Of a DNA stretch of 37,972 nucleotides, positions 25,704-34,496 are shown in pieces (the first letter of the stretch is position 1; the number at the start of each line of letters is the position of its first letter). The DNA lies in assembly GCA_001275005.1 (NCBI GenBank), contig JWZX01002966.1:1-37972 (forward strand). Reading direction: 5' to 3'. The translations under genes and the position numbers were made by a program. The notes below the pieces were generated by a model, which ran no database searches, had not been told where the DNA came from, and saw only the letters and a program-made list of their open reading frames with translations. This DNA is from Chrysochromulina tobinii. Lineage: Eukaryota.

Positions 25704-25750
25704 TTTGACCATCATAGGCTATCTGTCCTGAATTCCTGGTTGATCTCTTC

Positions 25751-26707
25751 ATGCTCCTCATCACATGGCCTCTGTTCGTGGCGATGGCCTTCGAGACGCG
25801 TTTCGCGACGCGCCTCGCGGCGTTCGAGAGGCTCTTTCCATCCGAGGAGCTCTCCTTGCGGAATGCGGCGTCACGCACCGACGGTTACTGGCCCTTTGTC
25901 GCGCGCAAGGAGGAGCCACCAATGGCCTTCACGTATGGCGAGTTTCCACTGAGTTTCTTCTCGGTGGTTCTCGATCGAGCGTGCGCGGCTGCAGGTCGAG
26001 ACCGCACCGCTCGGTCGGAGCTTAGCTTTCTTGACATAGGCTCCGGCACTGGGCGGCTCGTCCTGTGGGCGGCCGTCACACACAAGTGGAAGGCAGCGCG
26101 TGGCATCGAGGTGCTCCCAGGCTTGCACCGAGCCGCATGCAAAAAGCTCGAGGCGGCGCTCGATATGCGGCACGAACTCGAGCTGCGCACGATCCCGGAA
26201 TTCCTTGAGGGGTCGTGGGACGATGCGTCGATACTGCCGTGGGCAGAAGTGGATGTGTCCTTTGCGTACACCACCGCCTTTCCTCACGGCGAAGACGCCG
26301 TGCTCCACGACCTGACCAGCGCATTAGCCGCGCGCCTTCGCCGAGGTTGCATCGTGTGCACCACCGACTATCGGCTCGGTACCGGCTTCGAGCTCGTCGA
26401 TTCGCTCGAGGGCGACAATGAGGGCGTGGGTGGACGCTCCGTCGCGTATGTGTACCGCAAGACATGCGAAGGCGCGACCGCGGCCGAGGTGCTCGCCGAG
26501 CAGCTGGCAGCGTCGAAGCAGCAGGTCGACCTCCTTACCCTACGGGTAGCGGCGCTCGAGGCCGAGCTGCAGCAGAGTGCGGCGGAGGTGGCGGAGCTGC
26601 GAGCAGAGCGTGATGAGCTCAGGACGACTCTCGAGCTCGACGAGGCATCGGACGCCAGCGACTTGAGGGCGCTCAAGGAATGGGCGAGCGAGAGCGGATA
26701 CTTGTAG
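25751..26707 (+). CDS. Class I SAM-dependent methyltransferase (DOT1-like) with C-terminal coiled coil
   Basis: FTYGEF, FLDIGSGTGRLV (motif I) and ARGIEVL match DOT1-like methyltransferases. Hydrophobic N-terminus; heptad tail LTLRVAALEAELQQSAAEVAELRAERDEL. Confidence 0.8.
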   Translation: MLLITWPLFVAMAFETRFATRLAAFERLFPSEELSLRNAASRTDGYWPFVARKEEPPMAFTYGEFPLSFFSVVLDRACAAAGRDRTARSELSFLDIGSGTGRLVLWAAVTHKWKAARGIEVLPGLHRAACKKLEAALDMRHELELRTIPEFLEGSWDDASILPWAEVDVSFAYTTAFPHGEDAVLHDLTSALAARLRRGCIVCTTDYRLGTGFELVDSLEGDNEGVGGRSVAYVYRKTCEGATAAEVLAEQLAASKQQVDLLTLRVAALEAELQQSAAEVAELRAERDELRTTLELDEASDASDLRALKEWASESGYL

Positions 26708-26905
26708 TAGACGAAAGCGCCGTATCGGGCGTTTCCTCCAGGTTTCCAAACTTATTTTTGGGGCCTTGAAAAGTTTGTCTTTTCGGGATCGCGCGTGTGC
26801 GCTGTGACGCGGAGTGCTGAAGAAAGAGGCAGCTTCGACTCTCCCAAGTCGAGGTCGAGGGGCAGCCGACGTGCTAAAACCGCACCAATCGTGGGAAATT
26901 CGTAA

Positions 26906-28120
26906 ATGCCGTCGAGCTTGTCGGGCAAGCAGCCCCAGAATCGGTATAAAGCCGCAGCACAGACGACACTGCCAAAGAATGATGCATTGGAGGCTGTCAC
27001 CGACGATGATGATGATTGGGCCGATGAGAATGTGGATTTCTATGAGACGGAAATGGTTGAAACAGCCGCAGGTCCAACTGAAGAGGCAGCCGAATCTATC
27101 GTGACGGCAGAAGAGGCGGCGGCATCCGAGATGGCCGCGGCCGAGTTGGCAGAGTTGGCAGCGGCCGCGGCGGTCGCGGCAGCCGCGGCGGCCGCGGCGG
27201 CTGCGGCCGAGGTGGCAGCGGCCGAGGCGACCAAGGCTGAGGCGGCGAGGGCGGAAGCCGAGGAGGCGGAGCGGCTCTGGGAGGAGGAGAGGCAGGCAGA
27301 GGAGAAGCGCAAAGCGGTCTTGAGAGCCAAGGCGATGCTCTCGGATCGGCAAGCGGTGCATGACGCGAAGATACGGCTGCGCATGTACAAAGAGGCGCAG
27401 GAGAAGCGGCTCTTGGACGAGCTCTCATTTCTCGAGTCGCGTTCCGACCTGCCGCAGCACTGCGCGATCAAAGCGCCCTGCCCGTCACGGCGCGAGCTGC
27501 GCGACGCGATGCTGAAGCAGAGGATGCAGCAAGAGGAGACACGCCCGACGGAGCAGCTGCGCTCTGATGGCCGGCCCTCGTGGCAGCAGTCGGGACGGTT
27601 GCGCTCGGGTCGGAAGCGGGACGGAGTCTACCGTAGCGGGTCTGCATACGCCGCCACTGCGAGATCGAGCCGCTCCTCTGCGGGCAAGTTTAAGATCTCG
27701 CAGAAGCAGCGCTCACAGACGGCGCGTGGAACGGCCTCACGCGGCACGCCCGGCACTGCCCGAAAGCTTCAGCGTCCGGCAAAGCCCACGCTGCCGGCGT
27801 CCTTGGACAGACCGACTGGAGGGTCGCCCGAGATAGCGCCGCCGGAGTTAGCGCCCTCTTCCAGCTCAAGGAGGCGTTCACGCATGGAAATGAAGAAGGC
27901 CATCGAGGAGAAGGCCAAGGCTCTGCTCGAGGGGCCCGAGGACAAAGCTCCTCCCGCCGTTCGGCCCGATCTCGCCATCAAGCGCAACGAGACCAAGCTC
28001 ATCTTGGAGAAGGAGGTGAAGCTTACGCTGTGGATGGAGGAGCTGGAGCTCAATGCCAGTCTTCAAGCCCTTCCAGGCGAAGCTGAGGCCCAGGAATGGA
28101 GCAGGCGTGAGTTGTGGTGA
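26906..28120 (+). CDS. Hypothetical low-complexity coiled-coil protein
   Basis: 404-aa ATG ORF with acidic N-terminus, poly-Ala tract, E/K/R-rich helix and basic Ser/Arg region. No recognisable domain. Confidence 0.65.
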   Translation: MPSSLSGKQPQNRYKAAAQTTLPKNDALEAVTDDDDDWADENVDFYETEMVETAAGPTEEAAESIVTAEEAAASEMAAAELAELAAAAAVAAAAAAAAAAAEVAAAEATKAEAARAEAEEAERLWEEERQAEEKRKAVLRAKAMLSDRQAVHDAKIRLRMYKEAQEKRLLDELSFLESRSDLPQHCAIKAPCPSRRELRDAMLKQRMQQEETRPTEQLRSDGRPSWQQSGRLRSGRKRDGVYRSGSAYAATARSSRSSAGKFKISQKQRSQTARGTASRGTPGTARKLQRPAKPTLPASLDRPTGGSPEIAPPELAPSSSSRRRSRMEMKKAIEEKAKALLEGPEDKAPPAVRPDLAIKRNETKLILEKEVKLTLWMEELELNASLQALPGEAEAQEWSRRELW

Positions 28121-28488
28121 GGGCCTCGAGTGATTTGCATCTTGGGACTTGCAAGCAGGTGTGTACCTTTTGGCCTCCACAGAGTCCAGGTGGCTTCTTC
28201 TTTTATGGAGGGCTTGACACTGCCTTTTACAACCGTATTCGAGCGTGTGTGATAGGTGTGGGGTATAGAGAACCACACCCCAAGTTGAGTTTTTGTTTCT
28301 AAACTTGGATTCTCGTCAAAGTTTCGTCACTAGAGCGACTTTTGGGGGCAACTTTTGGGCCACACACACCCTCGCGAGCGCGAGAGCGGCTCGAGGGGGC
28401 GCGACTGTCAGGAGGAAACACGCTAGCTTTCATCCGTGGACGCTCGCCGTCGCTGTCGCCGCCACAGCCGCACACCGACCGTCGACAG

Positions 28489-29784
28489 ATGGAGCAGATC
28501 CATCCGAATCGGTATGGCTTCACTGAACTCACTGAAGAAGGCAAAGAGATCGGTGAGGCGGCAGGGGAGGCCATACCCATAGTCTCGCCGACGCCGTCGC
28601 CCCCACAGCCATCCGAGTTCTCAGAGGAGCCGATCCGTCCGAAGAGGATGATTTCTCATCTGAGGGATGGCTTCACTGAGCTCATTGAAGACGGCATGGA
28701 GACCGGTGAGGCGGCAGGGCAGGCCGTGGCTGTCTTCCAGAACAAGCATGCCACTGTCAATGAGCGCCTGAAGAGCGCTCTGAAATTGCTCGCGAGGTTG
28801 TTCTCATGCCTCGTCGGCTTCTACGCATGCCTCTTTGGGCTGTGCAAAGCAGTCTATCTGCGGATGCGCAAGTATGAGTGGGCCGAGCAGCTCATCATCA
28901 TGCTCTGTGGCCTCGTGCTTTGCTTCTTTGGTGGCGTGTACATCGTCTCTCTTGCAGCGCTCGAAGCTGCCTACCGCATGGGCGGCACTGCCCTCCTGGA
29001 CGATTTGTACTACGTGTACAAAACAGTCCAAAAGGTGAGCAAAGAGGTGCTCTCCGATCCCCAGAACGAACAGCTCGATCAGCAGGACCTGTACGACGCG
29101 ATGGTCAAGATTGAGCAGCCGATGAAGCTCCAGTCCGCCATGAGCAACCTGTGGTCAGTCTATGTGGCGGTGCTCGCCACGCTGTCGATGCAGTTCGCAC
29201 AAGTGGTCACGATCGCGCTTGGAATGGCCTCGTGCATCCGGCCCACCATGCTCAAGATCTTGCGCCCGCCGATCGCCATGATCCTGACCACATCGAACTG
29301 GAAGCTTCATCACTGGCTGGACCATCACCGGAGCCCAGATGGTAATTGGCTTGCGGAGCACGCGGAGAGCAAGGAGGAGGGTGAGAGCGTACTCATCTCG
29401 ACGGTGGTCAACGTGCTCGTCATGTGGTTTGCGTGGACCTTGTACGCCTTCGTGGCCGCTTACTACGCTGGCCTGCGCGGTGGGCGCATGTTCGCCGACG
29501 CCCTCCTAGGCAAGGAAGGGTTCCTCTCAAAGTTCTGCAAGGGTCATTGCTGCGGCTGCTTTGAGGAGGGCTCATGCCTCGCCAACTTGCTCGATTCGGA
29601 TGGGTACGCCGACGAGGTCGTGATGTACGTGCTCGCTGTTATGGGTATCTGGGCACAGGTCGAGTCCGGCTTCAAACTCTTCTTCCCGCTCAACATCGTG
29701 CTGATGCCGCTGACCTTGATCGAGTGGTTCCTCCGCTACCAAGTCACGTTTGGCGGAATAGCTGCGGCTGGTGCTGCTGGCTGA
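28489..29784 (+). CDS. Uncharacterised multi-pass membrane protein
   Basis: ORF with strong GC3 bias and several hydrophobic segments (LIIMLCGLVLCFFGGVYIVSLAAL, VVNVLVMWFAWTLYAFVAAYY, VVMYVLAVMGIWAQ, FFPLNIVLMPLTLIEW). First ATG at 28489. Confidence 0.8.
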   Translation: MEQIHPNRYGFTELTEEGKEIGEAAGEAIPIVSPTPSPPQPSEFSEEPIRPKRMISHLRDGFTELIEDGMETGEAAGQAVAVFQNKHATVNERLKSALKLLARLFSCLVGFYACLFGLCKAVYLRMRKYEWAEQLIIMLCGLVLCFFGGVYIVSLAALEAAYRMGGTALLDDLYYVYKTVQKVSKEVLSDPQNEQLDQQDLYDAMVKIEQPMKLQSAMSNLWSVYVAVLATLSMQFAQVVTIALGMASCIRPTMLKILRPPIAMILTTSNWKLHHWLDHHRSPDGNWLAEHAESKEEGESVLISTVVNVLVMWFAWTLYAFVAAYYAGLRGGRMFADALLGKEGFLSKFCKGHCCGCFEEGSCLANLLDSDGYADEVVMYVLAVMGIWAQVESGFKLFFPLNIVLMPLTLIEWFLRYQVTFGGIAAAGAAG

Positions 29785-30198
29785 TGAGGCACAACCCAAG
29801 AGGGCCTGGGCTGCGAGCCTGTCCATGTGTGCACGATCGTTCTGCGATCTTGGTGTGGTGCGGTGTGGTGCCGTGGTACCGCAGTACCGCACGGTGGTGC
29901 ACGGACTGGTTGGTTGCAGTGGTGTGCTGGTCGCCAGCTTCTTCTGAGGTCGGAGGCGTGAGTGTGCCATCCGGATGTGTCAGACACGTAACAAAGCGAA
30001 AGGGGTGGCCGTACGGGACGCAGTAAACAAATATTCGATGGACATTTTTTGCATGCATGGCTTTCTAAAAGCAACGCGCAGGTGTTGCTAAAAAGTTGAC
30101 TAAACCCTTTAAACGGATCATCACTTTCTCCTGGGCAACTGGGTGTCCCTGGTTTTGCGGTGGAACGCGGCCGCAAGTAAGCGACGACCGACGTCGCG

Positions 30199-31125
30199 AT
30201 GGTGACGCCAATGAGGATGATCGCGTTCGCCATCTGTGTGCTACAAGCGGCGGCGAGGACCTGGGCCCCGGCAGGAGGCTTCGAAAACAGCACGGGCGCT
30301 TCAGGCTGTGTCGTGAAGCTCATCAGGCAAAGTTTGCCAAACGTTTGCTTCGGCGCCTCGCCATGCGAAATGGTGTGCCCCAAGGGGCGCGGCGGTAAAT
30401 TTGACTGCGAGGATCATCGCTCGGTCACCGTCACTGCCGGGTGCCAGGGCCTCTTCCAATGCAGTAACGGTGCAACTACTATGTGCCATAGCAACGGTTC
30501 GAGTGCTCAACGATGCGAGTGCACAGGTCGTCTCGAGGGCCAATCGTCAAAGGGCTTCGCCCTGCCTTCGCCTTGCCATCTGAATCCCTACACCAAGGCC
30601 ATGGGTATCTGCCCGCCCGCGATTCCCTTCCCACCAATGCCGCCGCCGTCGCCTTCGGAACCTGCCCCGTTGCCATCGTTGCCATCGTTGCCATCGACTC
30701 ATGTTCCCCCCGTTTTCGACACGAAAGGCGTGCTCCTCATTCGGACGCCGCCACCGCCAATGCCACCGCCGTCGCCCCCATCGCTGCCGCACAGACCTTC
30801 ACGTCTGAGGCCCTCTCCGCGTTCTCCAAGCCAACCCCCATCACCTCCATGTTCTGGATTGCCTCCCAGTCCCTCGCCGCCAGCATCATCTCAAAAAGTT
30901 GAGCGTGGCGGCAGCTCGTTGCACAGCGTGTGCTCTCCAGCATGTGCCAGGGCGTTCCATGCTTGTGTCAAGGCAAATGGTGCAGCTGGATGGGTGCAGT
31001 GTGTGAATGAGTTTGCGCATGTTGTGGGGGCTCTGCGCGCTGCTGGTTGCGTTGCTGGCTGCGAGATGCCGAATGCGCACGGGTCAGGCTCTGCGTCGAA
31101 CACATCAGCGCGAGTCGAGGGATGA
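30199..31125 (+). CDS. Putative secreted Cys-rich protein with lectin-like (DUF3011/ADEL-like) module and Pro-rich linker
   Basis: Signal-like MRMIAFAICVLQAAA. CVVKLIRQS...C...FDC.....VTVTAGCQGLFQC resembles the L.RQ.S...C...V..GC.G.F pattern. PPPSP repeats and a second Cys-rich module at the C-terminus. Confidence 0.6.
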   Translation: MVTPMRMIAFAICVLQAAARTWAPAGGFENSTGASGCVVKLIRQSLPNVCFGASPCEMVCPKGRGGKFDCEDHRSVTVTAGCQGLFQCSNGATTMCHSNGSSAQRCECTGRLEGQSSKGFALPSPCHLNPYTKAMGICPPAIPFPPMPPPSPSEPAPLPSLPSLPSTHVPPVFDTKGVLLIRTPPPPMPPPSPPSLPHRPSRLRPSPRSPSQPPSPPCSGLPPSPSPPASSQKVERGGSSLHSVCSPACARAFHACVKANGAAGWVQCVNEFAHVVGALRAAGCVAGCEMPNAHGSGSASNTSARVEG

Positions 31126-31409
31126 GCGTCGCAGACTGAGCCAGATAGGCACAACGAGGGTATAGTGGCGCGTCGCGCGATTTGTAAGGGCGCTCGGATA
31201 GCAAGAAGACCCCGGCGCCCGTGCACCACACATCACCTCACCGGGATCGCAACGATTTCGTCAGTTTTCACCCACACACACGCCATCACTCAGAGCACAC
31301 GGTCAAGTGATCGCTCTTCGGTGCCCGCGGAGGCGTTGATAGCCCCTCTGCGATATGGGGCCACCAATGAAGGCAATCAACTCTTCCAGTCACCTCCGGC
31401 TCCAACTCC

Positions 31410-34211
31410 TCAAAACAACCACCATAGCGGCGTCTGCGGGCGCCCTTTACTGTCGCGCGGTTGGTCCCCCTCTCGCATGGGCAGAGCCCGGACTGATTCT
31501 CGCGACCGCAAGAGGTTCGAGCGCTCCACATCCCACAGGGGCGTGTGCGCGCGCATGCGTTCCAGGGGTGTGTATGCGCGGCGCACATCCTTCTCGTCTT
31601 CGAATATCATGTCAAGCTGTGGCAAAGGCTTGATCAACACGCCGCCGCGTCCCGTTGTGGACGAGGACGGCTGCGATGTGCTTCGCTGCAGGCCGCGCCT
31701 GATGCTGATCGGCGACTGCCGTGTCGACTTCCGACCGTCCCACCGGGAGCCGAGATGCTGCTGCTGTTTAAAGTGATTTCTGCTGCGCTTCTCGGCCTTA
31801 ATGTCGGCCTCAAAGGGCATGTGATATCTCTCCATGAAGGCGGCGTCCGCGTCCGCGTCTGCGTCTGCCGCCTCCTGCGCCGATGGCGATGCCGGGGTGG
31901 CTCCACTGCAGTTTCGTAATAGGTCGATGCCATACTCCTCGCTCGCCTCGCTCATGAGCCGCAGCTCCAGCCGACGCATCGCCGCCTCCGTCGCGGACGG
32001 CCCCTTTAACGGCCCCTCCTCAAGCTTCCCGTCTACCTGCCCATCGTTTTCCTCAAGCTTCCCGTCTACTTGCCCGTCGTTCTTGTCCGCCTCGTCGTTC
32101 CACATTTTAGGTGAGCCTGCAAGCCAGCTCTCAGGCGCCATGTTGGGCGCGAGGGCCGCCCTCTGTACCGCCCTCTGTGCCGCCTGGATCAACTCCTTCC
32201 TCTGTACCGCCTGGGTCAGCTTCAAGGCGCTCTGCGGCCGAAGCTTCCCAAACGGCGGCAGGACCGCCACACTCGAACGATCCTGTTGCCACTCCTCCTT
32301 GCGTGTGCGCGGCACCCGCGCTGAGAAGCGCAGCGGAGCGGGCTTCAGATCGGAAGGCAGGCACGTGTCCCTCTCCCAGCGCTGGAGCACGGCGACGCCC
32401 TGCACACGGCGCCCCTGTCGCACCGCCGGTAGCGCACTCGATGACTGGCTGGTCGTGAGGTTTGTCGTCATGCGGCTCGTGGTTATGGGCAGCGATTCAT
32501 ACTCGTCGAGGCGGGGCGCGTGGCCTGATCGGCTGTACCTCCGCGAGCTCGGAGCGGGCGGGATGGGGCCGAGCGGCGTTCGCATGAAGGCGATCCTCTG
32601 CGCTTCAGCGACGCACGCATTTTGCCTGTTGGCCAGCGCCACCGCCTCGCGCGCACGTGAGGTCGTCGCTGCGCTGGTGATGGCCTCGTCGACACGCTTC
32701 CTGACCAGCTCCCTACTTGCCGCTGCACGCCGCTGTGCTTCAGCATCGTTCTCAAGCAGGCGGCCAAGGCGGCCGATGGCCTCCGTCTCGGATGCACGTC
32801 TCTTTGCATTTGCATCTGTGATGCCGCCGGACTTAAGGGAATCAAGTGCCGGCTGCTCACGTAACCATCTCTCGAGTTCGGCGACATCGATCTCATTATC
32901 TCCGCCGCAGATCGCCCAAAAGATCTTAGTGGCAATAGGGTGCACTGTGTCGCGGAAGAGCTGCTGGTGCGCCGGACTCGAGCTGAAGAGTTCGCCGATG
33001 CTGTTGAGGAATTCGATCTTCGAGATTCGCTGATCCCCAGAGCGGTCCCACGCGCGGATCAGGTCGGTCGTCGACAGCTTTCTCCGCTCGAGCGCCGTCT
33101 TGATCTGCAGGCGGAGCTGGTCCGCGTCCCAGTCCAGGTCGGTCAGGTCGTACCCCTTGGCCGTCTGCAGCGCTAAGCAGCGCACCTCCCTTGTGCGTCT
33201 GTCGAGGGAGTGCCGCCGCCCCCGCACAAACTCAAAGAGCTCGTCGAAGCCAATCTCGCCGCTCCCATCGGTGTCAATGGACTTGAAGACCTCATCGAGC
33301 ACCCACGGCATGCCGCGGAATCCGAACCGAGTCTTCATGGCCTTGTGGAACTCCATGTCGTCGATCTGCATCTCGCCAGTGTTGTCATCATCAAAGAGCC
33401 TGACGAGATCGGCGACCATCGCGCCAGAGTTTTGTAGGTGCCCTTGCAGCTGCTTGCGAATGGTCGTCGCGTCGTTCCCAGTGATGCGCCACGAGGCCGC
33501 CTGCCGCTCGAGCGCTCGCCTATCTGAGTTCGACGTACTCGACTCGTCCCAGCTCCACACGAGCGACGTGATGAACTGCTTGGCCTCGTGCTTGGCGGGG
33601 ATAGTGGATTGGTTCTTTCCGAGCAGCATCACGATCTCGTCGATGGTCACGGTACCCGTTCCGGCAATGTCGAGGCTGCGGAAGATGTTCTGAGCTTGAT
33701 GGGCGCCGAAGCCGAGCTCGATGCACAGGCGCTCAAAGGATAGCATGTCGAACAGGCCGCTCTTGTCGGGACTGCGGTCAAACTTCTTGAGAGCGTTTGT
33801 GATCGAGGTTGCACCGAATTTCTCAGCGGAGGTCCCAAGGCTCCAAAGAAAGAACTCGTTGATGCTCAATGTGCCGTCACCATCGGTATCGGCGTCATCA
33901 AACCATCCATGGATCTGGTTGGATGTGTAAGCCTCGCGCAATCGGTGCGGAAGCATCGCATAGAATTCTTCGAAGTCGAGCAAGCCGTCGCCGTTGACGT
34001 CGAACTCGGCAAAGCGCCGAGAAGCGTCCTTGATGTTGTTCAGGGCGCCCTTCACTGCACGCTTCTCGATGCGCGTTTGGGGAATTCCACCATCGCGATT
34101 GGGCATGATTCGTCTTCTGTCGGGTCGGACGCGTTTGTTGGGACTTGGCCCGGTTGGCGGAAACCGAAACGCGATTCTTGGGTCATATGAATAGAGTGTC
34201 AACCTGAGCAT
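31410..34211 (-). CDS. Multi-EF-hand calcium-binding protein, paralog of 20332..22194
   Basis: 933-aa ORF with canonical EF loops DVNGDGLLDFEE, DTDGDGTLSINE, DIAGTGTVTIDE, DTDGSGEIGFDE and DRSGDQRISKIE, and a disordered C-terminal half. Confidence 0.9.
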   Translation of the reverse strand: MLRLTLYSYDPRIAFRFPPTGPSPNKRVRPDRRRIMPNRDGGIPQTRIEKRAVKGALNNIKDASRRFAEFDVNGDGLLDFEEFYAMLPHRLREAYTSNQIHGWFDDADTDGDGTLSINEFFLWSLGTSAEKFGATSITNALKKFDRSPDKSGLFDMLSFERLCIELGFGAHQAQNIFRSLDIAGTGTVTIDEIVMLLGKNQSTIPAKHEAKQFITSLVWSWDESSTSNSDRRALERQAASWRITGNDATTIRKQLQGHLQNSGAMVADLVRLFDDDNTGEMQIDDMEFHKAMKTRFGFRGMPWVLDEVFKSIDTDGSGEIGFDELFEFVRGRRHSLDRRTREVRCLALQTAKGYDLTDLDWDADQLRLQIKTALERRKLSTTDLIRAWDRSGDQRISKIEFLNSIGELFSSSPAHQQLFRDTVHPIATKIFWAICGGDNEIDVAELERWLREQPALDSLKSGGITDANAKRRASETEAIGRLGRLLENDAEAQRRAAASRELVRKRVDEAITSAATTSRAREAVALANRQNACVAEAQRIAFMRTPLGPIPPAPSSRRYSRSGHAPRLDEYESLPITTSRMTTNLTTSQSSSALPAVRQGRRVQGVAVLQRWERDTCLPSDLKPAPLRFSARVPRTRKEEWQQDRSSVAVLPPFGKLRPQSALKLTQAVQRKELIQAAQRAVQRAALAPNMAPESWLAGSPKMWNDEADKNDGQVDGKLEENDGQVDGKLEEGPLKGPSATEAAMRRLELRLMSEASEEYGIDLLRNCSGATPASPSAQEAADADADADAAFMERYHMPFEADIKAEKRSRNHFKQQQHLGSRWDGRKSTRQSPISIRRGLQRSTSQPSSSTTGRGGVLIKPLPQLDMIFEDEKDVRRAYTPLERMRAHTPLWDVERSNLLRSRESVRALPMREGDQPRDSKGRPQTPLWWLF
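32017..32082. repeat. 33-bp coding tandem duplication (NDGQVDGKLEE x2)
   Basis: tcctcaagcttcccgtctac(c/t)tgccc(a/g)tcgtt occurs twice, 33 bp apart. Confidence 0.9.
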
Positions 34212-34496
34212 GCATCCGCTCTGTGCTTCTGTCTCAGTCAGTCAGTCAATTTTGTCGCGGTCCCCCCGCGCTCACTCCTGTGCTTCTGTCTACAGTGCAA
34301 CAATGGAAAGATCGGACCCACGGAACTTCATGCCCCAGCCGTGCATCCGCATTGATCCGGATTGTCGCGAATACAGTATCGAGTATGTTCGATGGCGGCG
34401 CTGGGACGTTCACGTTGTTACACTATACACATGCGATGTACATGCGCCATCTCTATTCGGAAGTACTCTCTTGGGGAGTTGCGGTGGTAGAGAAAC

